The notes beneath the pieces were generated by a model. It saw only the letters and a program-made list of their open reading frames with translations, had not been told where the DNA came from and did not search any database. This document shows, piece after piece, positions 52,632-63,519 of a stretch of DNA of 64,000 bases; positions within the stretch are counted from its first letter, which is position 1, and each line of letters begins with the position of its first letter. Source of the DNA: Candidatus Velthaea sp. (lineage in GTDB: Bacteria; Vulcanimicrobiota; Vulcanimicrobiia; Vulcanimicrobiales; Vulcanimicrobiaceae); contig JBEKHC010000002.1 in NCBI GenBank assembly GCA_050012475.1, positions 32,001-96,000 of the forward strand, in the 5' to 3' direction. The position numbers and the translations under genes were made by a program.

Positions 52632-54518
52632 ATGATGCAATCACGTTCAGCGTTGCTCCGTCGAAAGACGGTCTTTGCCTCGCCGCCGAAGATCCCGTTC
52701 GGATGCTGGACCATTGCCGCAATCGTTCTAGCGACGACCGCTGCGCACGCGACCCCATCATACGACCGGAGCCTGACCCAGCGTGTCACGACGGCGCATG
52801 CGACCCAGAGTCGCATCCAGGGTCAAATCGACCCCGGCAATCCAGGCGTGCAGCGGTTCTTGGGCATTCCGTTCGCCGCACCGCCGGTGGGCGCGCTTCG
52901 CTGGCATGCGCCGGCCGAACCGGCAGCGTGGCCGGGTGTCCGAAGGGCCGTGCAATTCGGCAGCGAGTGCACCCAGCTTTCGGGTCTGTTCGATCCGAGC
53001 GCGAATCCGGCCGCGTTCGGAACGATGAGCGGAAGCGAAGACTGCCTGTATCTCAACGTCTTTCGGCCCGACACCAGCGCGGCAAACTTACCGGTGTTCT
53101 ATTGGATCTACGGCGGCTCGAATCTCGCGGGCGGCGCGAACGATGCGATGTATAACGGCGCGAAGTTTGCGGCAGCGAACGACGTCATCGTCGTTACGGT
53201 CAACTACCGTTTAGGGATGCTTGGATTTCTCTACGAGTCCGCACTGCACGCGAAAACGAACACCGCCGAAGACAACTCCGGCAACTTTGCGACGCTCGAC
53301 CTCGTCCGCGGCTTGAATTGGGTGAACGAGAACATCGCAACCTTCGGCGGCGCCAAAGACAACGTCACGATCGCCGGTCAATCCGCCGGCTGCATCGACA
53401 CGTGGGGGCTCATCCAAACGCCGCTGGCGGCGCGCAAATTCCAGAAAGCCGTTTGTCTCTCGGGCATCCCGAACTCGTATCCGACCGTCGAAGGCGAGGG
53501 GTTCGCCCACCAGATGGAAGACGGATTGCTCCAGGACCAAAACCCCGCAATGAGCTTTGCGGAGGCGGACAAAAAACGCCAATCGCTCAGCCCAGCGGCC
53601 ATCGCGTTGCTGCTGCAGCACGCCTCAGCGGCCGAAATCATCAAGAATACGCCGCAGCCGGTGAATGCCGGTCACTTCACCGACGGCACGGTCATCCCGG
53701 CGATTCTCGGCGTTCCGGGGATCCTCGCTTGCAACTACAATAAAGTGCCGATGATCATCGGCAGCGTCGATACGGAAGGTTCGCTCTTCGTGGGTCTCGG
53801 CGGCGGCTGGCGCGTCAGCGCGGCAACCCTGTGGAGCATGATGAACGGCGGCGTCCCGGCGCCGAGTGATGCAGCGATCATCGCGCCGGCGTGGCGGCAA
53901 AATGCCGGCCAGCCATTTTCGTCCAGCGGCTATGCCAAGACGTCGCGCGTCCTTTCCGATCAAGTCATCTTCTTGACGGATCAAGTCAACCGCTATCTGC
54001 AAGCTCAGCTTGCCTGCGCTCCGGCCCCCATCTACCGCTATCAGTTCCAGTGGAAAAACGAGCCCCAGCCGTGGCAAGCCATCTACGGCAGCGAACACGC
54101 TCTTGACGTGCCATTTGTGTTCGGCAACTTTACCAAACCGTCGTTCCTCGGCTACGCCTACACGCCGGCAAATCGAACCGATCGCGAAGATCTATCGAAG
54201 CTGATGAACAGCTACCTCGCGAATTTTCTGTGGAACGGCAATCCGAATGATGACCGCAGTAATCCGCATCCGTATTCCGCGGCCCCCAAGTGGAACGCGT
54301 GGACCGATCTGCCGGGCCTCAAAAAGCGCCTGATGTTGAACGCCACGCTGGGCAAAGCCGACGCGGGCGCGGCTTCGCACATGTCGAACGACGAGGAGCT
54401 CGCGGCAACGACGGACATCCTTACGCTGCCTCGCGTCGGCTACGTCTTTGCCCAATCGTTCCTGAAGTCGTTCGTGCCGCAGGGATGGCTTACGAAACTC
54501 GGGCTGAGCATTCCGTGA
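52632..54518 (+). CDS. Secreted type-B carboxylesterase
   Basis: FLGIPFAAPPVGALRW, SEDCLYLNV, NYRLG, GQSAG nucleophile, HALDVPFVFG. Confidence 0.92.
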   Translation: MMQSRSALLRRKTVFASPPKIPFGCWTIAAIVLATTAAHATPSYDRSLTQRVTTAHATQSRIQGQIDPGNPGVQRFLGIPFAAPPVGALRWHAPAEPAAWPGVRRAVQFGSECTQLSGLFDPSANPAAFGTMSGSEDCLYLNVFRPDTSAANLPVFYWIYGGSNLAGGANDAMYNGAKFAAANDVIVVTVNYRLGMLGFLYESALHAKTNTAEDNSGNFATLDLVRGLNWVNENIATFGGAKDNVTIAGQSAGCIDTWGLIQTPLAARKFQKAVCLSGIPNSYPTVEGEGFAHQMEDGLLQDQNPAMSFAEADKKRQSLSPAAIALLLQHASAAEIIKNTPQPVNAGHFTDGTVIPAILGVPGILACNYNKVPMIIGSVDTEGSLFVGLGGGWRVSAATLWSMMNGGVPAPSDAAIIAPAWRQNAGQPFSSSGYAKTSRVLSDQVIFLTDQVNRYLQAQLACAPAPIYRYQFQWKNEPQPWQAIYGSEHALDVPFVFGNFTKPSFLGYAYTPANRTDREDLSKLMNSYLANFLWNGNPNDDRSNPHPYSAAPKWNAWTDLPGLKKRLMLNATLGKADAGAASHMSNDEELAATTDILTLPRVGYVFAQSFLKSFVPQGWLTKLGLSIP

Positions 54519-54618
54519 TGGCGGACATAGGGTAACGCGCCGCAGCCGGGGAGTCTCCGGCGCCATTTGCGGCGAAACGGCAAATGATGGTGGTTGCAGC
54601 GATTGAGGGCGAGTACCG

Positions 54619-55347
54619 ATGAGCGCGAGCAAGAAGCAGATTATCGCGGATCTCATCGATCAGGCGCGCCATTTCTACTTCTGCGATCCGTCGAACAACC
54701 GCGACGAGCGTACGGCCGTGACCTCGGGTTATCGCTACCTGATCGTTCAATTCAAGCGACTGGCGGGCCCCGTGCTGCCCGAGAAATCGGCGTCGCGGCT
54801 CAACGCGATCGAGGTCGAGATTGATAACCTCGCGTCGGCGCTCGACGCGCGCGCCAAACTCGATGCGCTTCTTCCCGACATCGAAGCCTCGCTCGAGAAT
54901 CTCGACAGTGCGGGCATACCGGTCACGACGAACCGCTGGATCGTCGAACCGGCGATCGTCAGCCGTCTGGCGACGACGAAGTCGGCTCACGTCAACGTTG
55001 CGTCGCTGGTTCGGATGTGCACGGAGATCAACTCGTCCTACGCTAACCGGAACCTCCTCGCGACCGTCTTGCTGATGCGAGCGGTGCTCACCCACATCCC
55101 CGCGTTGTTCGGCTATGGTTCCTTCGCCGAAGTGCTGGCCAACGTCGGCAACGGTTTGGATGAGAGTTTCGCGCACCTTGAAACCGGGTTGCAGCGATTG
55201 GCTGAACTTCACACCGACCGCCGGGTCGGATCGTCGGCCGTCTATCCTTCGGTCGTGCAGGTCGATCCCTTGAAACCGCACTTCGCCTCGATCATGCAGC
55301 AGGTGGAGACGCGCATTCGAAACGATACGGCGAGCGCTGCGACGTAG
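54619..55347 (+). CDS. Hypothetical protein with a C-terminal HEPN-like helical domain
   Basis: LVRMCTEINSSY..LLMRAVLTHIPALFG..F.EV..HLE..LQRLAELH resembles HEPN/Abi C-terminal domains. Confidence 0.55.
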   Translation: MSASKKQIIADLIDQARHFYFCDPSNNRDERTAVTSGYRYLIVQFKRLAGPVLPEKSASRLNAIEVEIDNLASALDARAKLDALLPDIEASLENLDSAGIPVTTNRWIVEPAIVSRLATTKSAHVNVASLVRMCTEINSSYANRNLLATVLLMRAVLTHIPALFGYGSFAEVLANVGNGLDESFAHLETGLQRLAELHTDRRVGSSAVYPSVVQVDPLKPHFASIMQQVETRIRNDTASAAT

Positions 55348-55568
55348 GCAGGATCGAGGTCGCACCGTTGCGGTACGCCCCGGAGCTCGATCCGTACAGA
55401 CTGCGTAAACCGGTACACCGCGCCGTTGCCGGTGTCTAAGGCCGGCGTAAACGCGCTCATTTCTCTGGGCAGGCCTGTCGAAACTCATAGCATGCTAGTC
55501 AAACCTCTGAGCGAGGCGGGCGCCTTCGAGCGCGCGAACCGGCCCCAACGCACCCGCAAGAACTAGTC

Positions 55569-58500
55569 ATGACCGGATGCGGCGTCGCTCAATCCGCGGA
55601 TTCGGCGGCTGCCCGGCATCCGCGCGTCATCGGCTGGGTTTCCACGGCAGCGCTGGCGCTGGGCGGCAGCAACCAAAGCCTGTTTCTGATCGGCGCGTTG
55701 TTCGCCGGTCAAGGTGCCATCCCGGGTCAAGGGAGCGCCGCAGTCCCACTGCTCATCGTTGGGCTGTTGCTGAGTTGGGCGGCGGCCCCCGGCTGGACCG
55801 AACTGGCGTTGCTGTCCCCGAATCGGGTCGGCGGAATCGCAGCGGTCTGTTCCGACGCGTTTCGCCCCTACAGTCTCGTTCTTTCTGCGTTGACCGGCAG
55901 TTGCTATTGGTGGGGCTGGGTCCCCACGTGCGGGCTCACGGCGATTCTGTCCGCGTCGGCAATCCAACAGTGGTTTTTGCCGTCGCTCCCGGTCAATGCG
56001 ATCGCGATTGCGCTCATCCTGATGTTCGTTGCCGTCAATTTGTCGGGTTTGCGATCGGTTGCGGCGCTCGCAATTCCGATCTGCAGCGTGTCGTCGCTGC
56101 TCGCGTTCCTGTCCGCGCTCGTGCCGGTGCTGACCGGTCACGTGGATTGGCATCGAGCAACGACGTTTGCGCTGACGACACCGTTTGCGGGCTGGTTCGG
56201 CAGCGTGACCTCGCTCATGGCCGGGCTTTATCTGATCGGCTTTGCCGCGCCCGCATTCGAGGCGGCCACCTGTCACGTCGGCGAGACGATCGATCCGGTG
56301 CGCAACGTGCCGCGCGCCGTGCTCGCCAGCGCCGCTTGCGCCGGGCTGTATTTCATTGTTTTGCCGGTCATTTGGCTGGGAGCCGTGGGCTCGGGTCCGC
56401 TCGGAGGCGATCTTGCCGTCGAACTCGGGCCGACGTTCGCGCCTTGGTTCGGCGCCGCGGCCAAAGCCTTGGCGATCGGCTTCATGACGTTCAATATGCT
56501 GCCCGGAACGCTGCAGCCGCTTGCCGGCGCGTCCCGAACGCTCGCGCAGCTCTCCGAAGACGGGATCTTCCCGCGCTTCTTGGCACGGCGGTCCAAGCGC
56601 GACGTTCCCTGGATCGCGACGCTGGTGACCGCCGCCGGAGCAATTTCCTTTTTGCTCATCGGCGACCCGATCTGGCTCATCGCCGGCGCGAATTTCGCCT
56701 ATCTGATCGCCATTTGCTTGCCGAGCGTCGCCGTGTGGCTGCTGCGCCGCGACGCTCCGCACCTCGAACGTCCCTACCGCGCACCGCGGGGCACGATCGG
56801 CCTCGGTCTCGCCGCCGCCGGAGCGTGGACGGTGTCGGCGGTCTTGGGATTCGAGCAGTTCGGTTTGCCGACCGTCCTCATCGGTTTGGTCATGGCCTAT
56901 TCGGGCGGAGCGCTCTTCTTGTGGCGCAAGCTCGAAGACCGCCGGCGCGGCAATCTTCGGGGCATCCCGCGTTCGCTGCACGTCACGCTGACGGGGATGA
57001 TGGTGACCGTGCTCTCGCTCGACGGCGGCGGATACTTTATCGCAATCAACGCAATTGCCAAGAGCGATCCGCGCGTCATCGCCGGGCTGCAAGACATCTT
57101 CGTCATCGTCGCCCTGCTGACCATCGGCGCCGGTCTGGCGCTGCCGAATATGATCGCCGATGCGGCGACGCGCGAGCTGGGGATCTCGAATGCGACCCTG
57201 CGCCGCGGCGCAGCCGCGCTTCACACCGAGATCTCCGAACGAAAGCTCGCTGAGGCGCGGCTGTTGTACGCCGCATCGCACGACGAGCTGACCGGCCTCG
57301 CAAACCGCGCCCATTTCATGGAGCGCTTCAACCAGCTCATTGCCCGGGTCCAACGCACTCCGGGCCATTTCAGCGCGGTCTTGTTCCTCGACCTGGATCG
57401 GTTCAAGCGGATCAACGACAGTCTTGGACACATGGCCGGAGATCAGCTGCTCATCGCGGTCGCACGGCGCCTCGAGTGCTGCCTGCGGGCGTGCGACGTG
57501 CTGGCGCGCATGGGCGGCGACGAGTTCACCATTCTCTTGGAAGAAGTCGACGGAGAAAGCGGCGCGGCGGCGGTAGCGGAGCGCATCCTCGCGGATTTGA
57601 ATCTTCCGTTCCAAATCTTGGGCCGCGAAGTCTACGCCTCGGCGAGCATCGGCATCGCACTCACCCAAACCGGCTACGATTCCCCCGAAGACATCTTGCG
57701 CGACGCCGACATCGCCATGTATCGGGCCAAGGATTTGGGCAAACAGGGGTACGCGCTCTTTGCACCCGAGCTGCTGACCCAGGCCGTCACGCTGCTGCAG
57801 CTGGAGAACGACCTCAAGGGCGCGCTCGAGCGGCGCGAATTCGTGCTCTACTATCAGCCGATCGTATCACTCCACGACGGTGAGCTGCGCGGATTTGAGG
57901 CGCTGATCCGCTGGCAGCATCCGCAGCGCGGTCTCATCAATCCCGATGAATTCATTCCGTCGGCGGAAGAAAGCGGAGCGATCTTAGCGATCGGCGCTTG
58001 GGTTATCGAAGACGCTTGCCGTCAGGCCGCGTGTTGGCGCGCCCAATTCGACGAGCCCGAGCCTTTCGCGATCAGCGTGAACCTGTCGGCAAAGCAATTC
58101 TCCAACGGTGCCGAGCTGCTCGCGCAGATCGAGCGCAACTTGAACGCGTTCGATCTGGACCCGCGCTTCTTGCACGTCGAAATCACCGAAAGCGCGATCA
58201 TGCGCAATCCCGACCTTGCGACGGTCACGCTGTTGGAACTGCGCCGTTTGGGCATCGAAGTCCACCTCGACGATTTCGGCACGGGCTACTCGTCGCTGGG
58301 CTATCTGCAACGCTTTCCGGTCGACACGCTCAAAATCGACCGCTCGTTCATCAGCAGTCCGTCGCTGTCCAGCGTGCGCAATCCCGAGATCGTGCAGACG
58401 ATAACGTCGCTGGCTGGCAGCCTCGGCCTCACCACAACGGCCGAGGGTATCGAAACCGCCGCTCAACTCGAGCATCTCCGTGCGCTGGGCTGCACCCACG

Positions 58501-58598
58501 GGCAGGGCTATTTGTTCTCGCGGCCGCTCAGCACCGCCCATGCGACCGCGTACATCGCGGATGCCGCCGGCGTGAACCGCCTGCAACCCAGCGTTTAG
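55569..58598 (+). CDS. APC-family permease fused to GGDEF-EAL (diguanylate cyclase/phosphodiesterase)
   Basis: Multi-TM APC-like N-half (AFEAATCHVGETIDPVRNVP, LERPYRAP); HDELTGLANR, DLDRFKRINDSLGH, MGGDEF; FEALIRW, DDFGTGYSSL, LKIDRSF, EGIET. Confidence 0.9.
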   Translation: MTGCGVAQSADSAAARHPRVIGWVSTAALALGGSNQSLFLIGALFAGQGAIPGQGSAAVPLLIVGLLLSWAAAPGWTELALLSPNRVGGIAAVCSDAFRPYSLVLSALTGSCYWWGWVPTCGLTAILSASAIQQWFLPSLPVNAIAIALILMFVAVNLSGLRSVAALAIPICSVSSLLAFLSALVPVLTGHVDWHRATTFALTTPFAGWFGSVTSLMAGLYLIGFAAPAFEAATCHVGETIDPVRNVPRAVLASAACAGLYFIVLPVIWLGAVGSGPLGGDLAVELGPTFAPWFGAAAKALAIGFMTFNMLPGTLQPLAGASRTLAQLSEDGIFPRFLARRSKRDVPWIATLVTAAGAISFLLIGDPIWLIAGANFAYLIAICLPSVAVWLLRRDAPHLERPYRAPRGTIGLGLAAAGAWTVSAVLGFEQFGLPTVLIGLVMAYSGGALFLWRKLEDRRRGNLRGIPRSLHVTLTGMMVTVLSLDGGGYFIAINAIAKSDPRVIAGLQDIFVIVALLTIGAGLALPNMIADAATRELGISNATLRRGAAALHTEISERKLAEARLLYAASHDELTGLANRAHFMERFNQLIARVQRTPGHFSAVLFLDLDRFKRINDSLGHMAGDQLLIAVARRLECCLRACDVLARMGGDEFTILLEEVDGESGAAAVAERILADLNLPFQILGREVYASASIGIALTQTGYDSPEDILRDADIAMYRAKDLGKQGYALFAPELLTQAVTLLQLENDLKGALERREFVLYYQPIVSLHDGELRGFEALIRWQHPQRGLINPDEFIPSAEESGAILAIGAWVIEDACRQAACWRAQFDEPEPFAISVNLSAKQFSNGAELLAQIERNLNAFDLDPRFLHVEITESAIMRNPDLATVTLLELRRLGIEVHLDDFGTGYSSLGYLQRFPVDTLKIDRSFISSPSLSSVRNPEIVQTITSLAGSLGLTTTAEGIETAAQLEHLRALGCTHGQGYLFSRPLSTAHATAYIADAAGVNRLQPSV

Positions 58599-58801
58599 CA
58601 GACGGCGCCGAGCTTCGGCGCCCGCCGATGCGCGCAAGCCGTTTGATCCGAGTAACTCGCGTTCGCGGTCACGCTCGTCGCCCGAATACAGGCGAGATCG
58701 ACGAGCATGACGATGATGAGAAGTGCGACGACGATGGCGGTTTGGACGTAGCGTTCCCGGTAGCGGCTGATTTGCAGCTGCACGAAAAGCGGGGCCTTCA
58801 T
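58595..58801 (-). CDS. Small single-TM hypothetical protein (68 aa)
   Basis: GGAG RBS before the ATG at 58801; hydrophobic TAIVVALLIIVMLVDLAC; co-oriented with the DUF11 gene. Confidence 0.45.
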   Translation of the reverse strand: MKAPLFVQLQISRYRERYVQTAIVVALLIIVMLVDLACIRATSVTANASYSDQTACAHRRAPKLGAVC

Positions 58802-58887
58802 GGTTGGTCTCCGTGATGCGTTTGGGCCGTCCTGCCTGCTGCGCCGCCGGTTGTCGATTGCGGCGGCGCAGCAGGTGGATCCGGCGC

Positions 58888-61785
58888 TTAGCTGGCTCGC
58901 CGCACCAGCGCTGGCTGGGGCACTTGACTGGAGTCGGCCGGCAGAACCTTGGGCGCAGCAACCGCACCCAAGATCGAGAACGGCAGGCTGGGCTCGGCGA
59001 CGGGGAGCGCCGCTGTCGAGAGCACGCGCAGCGGCTTGGCGCTGACGAACACTTCCGGAGCGTCGTCCCATTTCACCGAAACGATGGACTGGATTACGTT
59101 GGAGGGCGACAGCGGCGTGTTGACGATGGCGCGCCAACGCACGACTGCCTCGACGCCTGCCGCGACGTCCGCCAAGGTCAGTCCTTCGGAACTGAAGAGC
59201 AGCGACGTTCCCGCGTGATCTTGCAGCGCGATGCCGTTGACGGTGGTGCTTCCGTGCGCATACACGGCGTCGGTGAGAGACGTGACGCGCGCGTTGAGCC
59301 GGTGCGCCGTGCCGTTGCCGCTATTGCGCATCGAGAGCGTGTAGATGATCTCCCCGCCGGCGTCGATGCTGGCAAGCGGTACGGTCGAAAGTGTCGTCTC
59401 CTCGAACGACGGTTCGGCATGCGTATCGAGGTCGATCGCCGTTAGGTTGACCGGCATGAGGTTGGTCGCGCTCAACCGCGCTCCGATGTGAAGGCGATCG
59501 CCCATGCTGCCGATCAGGCGCAGGCAAACTTCGACCTCGCGCGTTTCCCCAGCTGGAATGTCACCGAAATTGACCGCTTCTCCGTCGGCGGCTTCACCTT
59601 TGACGAGTTCGAGCTTCAGCTCGGGCGGCAGCAGCAGCGTCACGCGAACCGCGCGTCCGCGGTCGGTTCCTTCGTTTTTGAGCACCAGCCGCGCTCGGAC
59701 GAGGCCGCGATACCGCAGCGGTTCGTCGCTGTCGACCACGATATTCGAGGTAGCGATGGAAAATGCGGGTGCCGAATCGACGACGTTGATCACGGGCCCG
59801 AGTTCGACGCGCGTCGTTTGCGCCGTCAAGAGGGCCGCGCTCAAGCGCAGTTCGGTTTGATCTTCGATCACGGCGGCAACCCGACCGTCGATCCGGAACG
59901 AACGTGACATCCCCGGCTTGATCGTGCCGAGTTGGACCGCGCCCTCGCTCAAGAGTTCGAGTTCGTTGTCGCGTTCGCGAAACCGCAGGTGTTCGATTCC
60001 GCCGGCAGCGGTGAACTCCAGCTGCACCTGGGTCGCGCTGTCGGTTCCGGTGTTATGCAGGGTGAGCTTGTATGAGAGAACACTCGAGGGCAGGACGCGT
60101 TGGGGCGTCTCCCGCTCGAGCTTGTTGAAGCTCAACGGGAAGCGCGCGGCGGAACGGGCGGTTACGGTGCGCTCGAATTCCCGCTTGCCGTTCGACCACG
60201 CGATGGTTGAAACCACGCGCAATTCGCGGCCATCGGTGATCGGCGACTTCACGTTGGCAGTTAGCGCGAGCCGAACGGTTTCACCGGGTGCGAGATCGGC
60301 GAGCCGGACCGCGCCCGACGCGATGTCGTGATCGACCGTCGATACGCCGTCGATGGTCAGTGAGCCGGGGATGTACGACAATCCGTCCGGCAGCGAGATC
60401 GCGAAGGAGAAGTCGCGCGCAACCGCAGTCCCGACGTTCTTGGCGCAGCCCGTGATTCGGATGTGATCCCCCGGTTTCACCTCGTCGGCGGATTCGAGCC
60501 GAACGGTGGTTTCGGCGTCATCGAAGGCCGCGGCGGACGAGATCGCGAGCGCAGCCGCCGGCAGCGCGAACTGACCGACTTCCTGCGAGCACACGGAGCC
60601 GTCCGCTGAGATGATGGTTCCGTCTTCGAGCGGCGAGTCGATGCGCACCCGGTATCCCATATCGACCGTTTCGCCGGGCTCGAGCGTCTCGGCGACCACG
60701 ATGCGTCGCGCGGAACCAAAGGTCTGACCTTGCGTCTGCGGCGTGAACAGCCGCCCCCCGACGGTCGCGCTTTGGGGGACGAACGTCGTGTGTTCGGGCA
60801 CGGGCAGCAGCGCCACGACTTCGTGCGCGGTGCTCTGTCCAGAGTTGTGAAGGCGGGCGTTGATGCGAAGCTCGGCGCCCGGGACCGCGTCTTTGACCGC
60901 GGTGAGCGAGAGCGACGTCTGCGTATTTTCAAGCTGCGGAAAGCTGCGGACGGTCAAGCGCACGATGTTGGTCCCGATTACCGGCACCTTGGGCGACGCG
61001 ACCGCTGCTTGAATCGTCACTTGGCTGCCGTCTTCGATCACGTCGGCAACGCGATAGGCAAGGCCGAGCCGCCGTTCGCCGCCGGCGGGAATATCACCGA
61101 TCTCGGCTCCCAGCTGTTGCGCGAACGGCGTCTGGCCGTCACGATCTTCGAGCGGGACGCCGTCGATCCGGGCGCTGCCGGGCACGTATGCAAGCTCGAC
61201 GGGCAGTCCGAACCGAACGCGAAAGCCGGTGGCCGCAGCCCCGCCCAGGTTGCGAAAGGTGAACGCGGCGTGCACGACCATGCCCGGCTCGATCGTCCGA
61301 TTCGGGGACACTTCCAGCGTTCGCAGGCCCTCGGGCAGATGGATTTTTTCGAGGGGAAGCGACACGGGAATGAGCGCGTTCGCCTGCAGTTCTTTCACGT
61401 ACGATGTCCTTTCAAAAGCGGTCGTATTCGAGCGGGCTGACCAGACCTCGTGGAATGTGGGGAGCGTTTCGACAGGCGCCGCCGGCGGGAGCTCCTGCCT
61501 TTGCGCATCGATGGTATCATTCGGTACAACGAGTTCGGTATGTCGATCGATCTCACGCATTCGTGGCGAAAGTCTTGCATTCGTTTGCGTGACGGGCGTC
61601 GCAGGAGGCGTCACGTCCTTGAGCCCCAGTTCGATCTCTGCGGGATTGAGGGCCGGGCGCTTTTGAGTTTCTGCGAAAACGAGCGTGCTTGACGGATGGA
61701 TGGTGAACCAATACACCGAGATAACGAAAATGCCGAGAATGATCGCGTAAAAGATAAGGAGCACCGTCAGCTCGGGCAAGCTCAT
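58888..61785 (-). CDS. Membrane-anchored DUF11 (conserved repeat, Ig-like) protein
   Basis: N-terminal TM; repeated PG....(Y/F)...(R/H)N.G...A..V...LP..L.Y.PGS..I.G modules, about six copies. Confidence 0.8.
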   Translation of the reverse strand: MSLPELTVLLIFYAIILGIFVISVYWFTIHPSSTLVFAETQKRPALNPAEIELGLKDVTPPATPVTQTNARLSPRMREIDRHTELVVPNDTIDAQRQELPPAAPVETLPTFHEVWSARSNTTAFERTSYVKELQANALIPVSLPLEKIHLPEGLRTLEVSPNRTIEPGMVVHAAFTFRNLGGAAATGFRVRFGLPVELAYVPGSARIDGVPLEDRDGQTPFAQQLGAEIGDIPAGGERRLGLAYRVADVIEDGSQVTIQAAVASPKVPVIGTNIVRLTVRSFPQLENTQTSLSLTAVKDAVPGAELRINARLHNSGQSTAHEVVALLPVPEHTTFVPQSATVGGRLFTPQTQGQTFGSARRIVVAETLEPGETVDMGYRVRIDSPLEDGTIISADGSVCSQEVGQFALPAAALAISSAAAFDDAETTVRLESADEVKPGDHIRITGCAKNVGTAVARDFSFAISLPDGLSYIPGSLTIDGVSTVDHDIASGAVRLADLAPGETVRLALTANVKSPITDGRELRVVSTIAWSNGKREFERTVTARSAARFPLSFNKLERETPQRVLPSSVLSYKLTLHNTGTDSATQVQLEFTAAGGIEHLRFRERDNELELLSEGAVQLGTIKPGMSRSFRIDGRVAAVIEDQTELRLSAALLTAQTTRVELGPVINVVDSAPAFSIATSNIVVDSDEPLRYRGLVRARLVLKNEGTDRGRAVRVTLLLPPELKLELVKGEAADGEAVNFGDIPAGETREVEVCLRLIGSMGDRLHIGARLSATNLMPVNLTAIDLDTHAEPSFEETTLSTVPLASIDAGGEIIYTLSMRNSGNGTAHRLNARVTSLTDAVYAHGSTTVNGIALQDHAGTSLLFSSEGLTLADVAAGVEAVVRWRAIVNTPLSPSNVIQSIVSVKWDDAPEVFVSAKPLRVLSTAALPVAEPSLPFSILGAVAAPKVLPADSSQVPQPALVRRAS

Positions 61786-61978
61786 GAGCGTGAGCCTAAC
61801 ATACCGAAGGTTCGCCGGTCATAGGCGAGCGACAGTGTTTGCATGGGACGTGCGGGCTTGTACATCGGGCATTTCGAACGTCCGGCAGCGAGCCGCCCGG
61901 GGCGTGGTCCGCGTCCAGGCAAGCTTCCGGCGCTCGCCCTTGAATGCCCAGGCACGCACTTGCGGCTGGGGGATGAGT

Positions 61979-63439
61979 ATGACCGTACAAGGCTCCATAG
62001 GCGCGATCCGCCACGCGCATCTGGTTTTGCGGCCGGACGCTTCGCGCGTGCTGTTTCGGCCGTTTCGTCTCGATGCGTTGCGCGAACTCAAAGTCGTGGC
62101 CCGCGTCGTGGCTCTCTCGGAACCGGCCGTGCAAGCCCGGTTGGCCGAGGTTCTCTCGGATTTCGACGAACGCCGCAGCAAAGCGCGCGCGTTCTTTCTC
62201 GAGCAGTTCGAGGCAGTGCAGTCGCGCCTATTGACCGACGAACCGCTTAGCGAAGAACGGCGGCTGCTGATCGGCTCTTATTTCACCCAGGAGTACTCGC
62301 TCGAATCGGCCGCGCTCTTCAATCCTTCGCTCGTGCCGCACTGGGACCAATCCGGATTGGCACCCGATTCGCTGCGCTTCATCGTCAGCTTGCGCGCGAT
62401 CGGGGAAGGACATTTGTCCTCGATCACATTTCGCAGCGGAACCGTCAACGCGCACGGACTCATCGAAGTCGAACCGCCGGTGCGATTCGTCACGGCGCCC
62501 ACGATCATTCCCACGGCGGCGTACGACAAAGTGCTCTTCGCGCGCAAATTACAAGAGATCGGCTCCTATACCGATCTGAGCGGAGTGATCCTCGACACGC
62601 TCGGCGACCCGTTCTCGTTCGATGATCTCCAGTCGGCGGTCGATGCTGCTTCGCGCCGGTTGGGTCAAAACTCCGACAACTATCCCGAATTGCGCGCCAT
62701 CTTGCTGCTCGCGCGCTCGAACTACTCGATCGGCTTTTCGCCCGACCAGGCGCTTTCGGCGCGCGTGATCTTTCCGCAAGGTCCGACCGAGATCGCCGGC
62801 ATCGAAGATGCGCGCTTCGTTCACTTCCATGAAGAAGACGGCAAGACGGCGTACTACGCCACGTACAGCGCGTACGACGGGCGGGTGGTGATACCCCAGC
62901 TTTTGGAAACCGAGGATTTCCTGAGCTTCCGCATGAGCACGCTCAACGGCCCAGGGATCGCGAACAAAGGCATCGCGCTCTTTCCGCGAAAAATCGGCGG
63001 ACAGTACGTGATGCTGGGGCGGCAAGACAACGAGAATATTTACCTCATGTTTTCCGACGCGCTGCATTTCTGGTACAAATCGCAGCTGTTGCTCCGCCCC
63101 ACCTATCCGTGGGAATTCGTCCAGATGGGCAACTGCGGTTCACCGATCGAAACCGACGCCGGTTGGCTGGTCCTCAGTCACGGTGTCGGACCCTCGCGAA
63201 AATATTCGATCGGTGCATTTCTGCTCGACCGGGACGATCCGACCAAGGTGCTGGGCCGACTGCGGGAACCGTTGCTGACCCCCAACCAAGGCGAACGCGT
63301 GGGCTACGTCCCCAACGTCCTGTACAGCTGCGGCGCGATCGTGCACAACGGCATCCTGGTGCTGCCGTACGCGATGTCGGACTACGCCAGTACCTTCGCG
63401 ACCCTGCGCGTCAGCGATCTGCTCGACGCGCTGACTTGA
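61979..63439 (+). CDS. Glycoside hydrolase family 130 (mannoside phosphorylase-like)
   Basis: [56 protein letters not shown]. Confidence 0.88.
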   Translation: MTVQGSIGAIRHAHLVLRPDASRVLFRPFRLDALRELKVVARVVALSEPAVQARLAEVLSDFDERRSKARAFFLEQFEAVQSRLLTDEPLSEERRLLIGSYFTQEYSLESAALFNPSLVPHWDQSGLAPDSLRFIVSLRAIGEGHLSSITFRSGTVNAHGLIEVEPPVRFVTAPTIIPTAAYDKVLFARKLQEIGSYTDLSGVILDTLGDPFSFDDLQSAVDAASRRLGQNSDNYPELRAILLLARSNYSIGFSPDQALSARVIFPQGPTEIAGIEDARFVHFHEEDGKTAYYATYSAYDGRVVIPQLLETEDFLSFRMSTLNGPGIANKGIALFPRKIGGQYVMLGRQDNENIYLMFSDALHFWYKSQLLLRPTYPWEFVQMGNCGSPIETDAGWLVLSHGVGPSRKYSIGAFLLDRDDPTKVLGRLREPLLTPNQGERVGYVPNVLYSCGAIVHNGILVLPYAMSDYASTFATLRVSDLLDALT

Positions 63440-63519
63440 CCCCAAACCCGGCCAGCTTCCTTGCTTTCTCCGTTGAACGCGGACAGTTGAGGCCGCAGCG
63501 CGAACACGTCGCTCCAGCG

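Noticed and set aside
55350..55565. c-di-GMP riboswitch upstream of the GGDEF-EAL gene
   Set aside because: Only a GTCTAAGG fragment resembles class I; the GCAAA/GNRA elements are missing.
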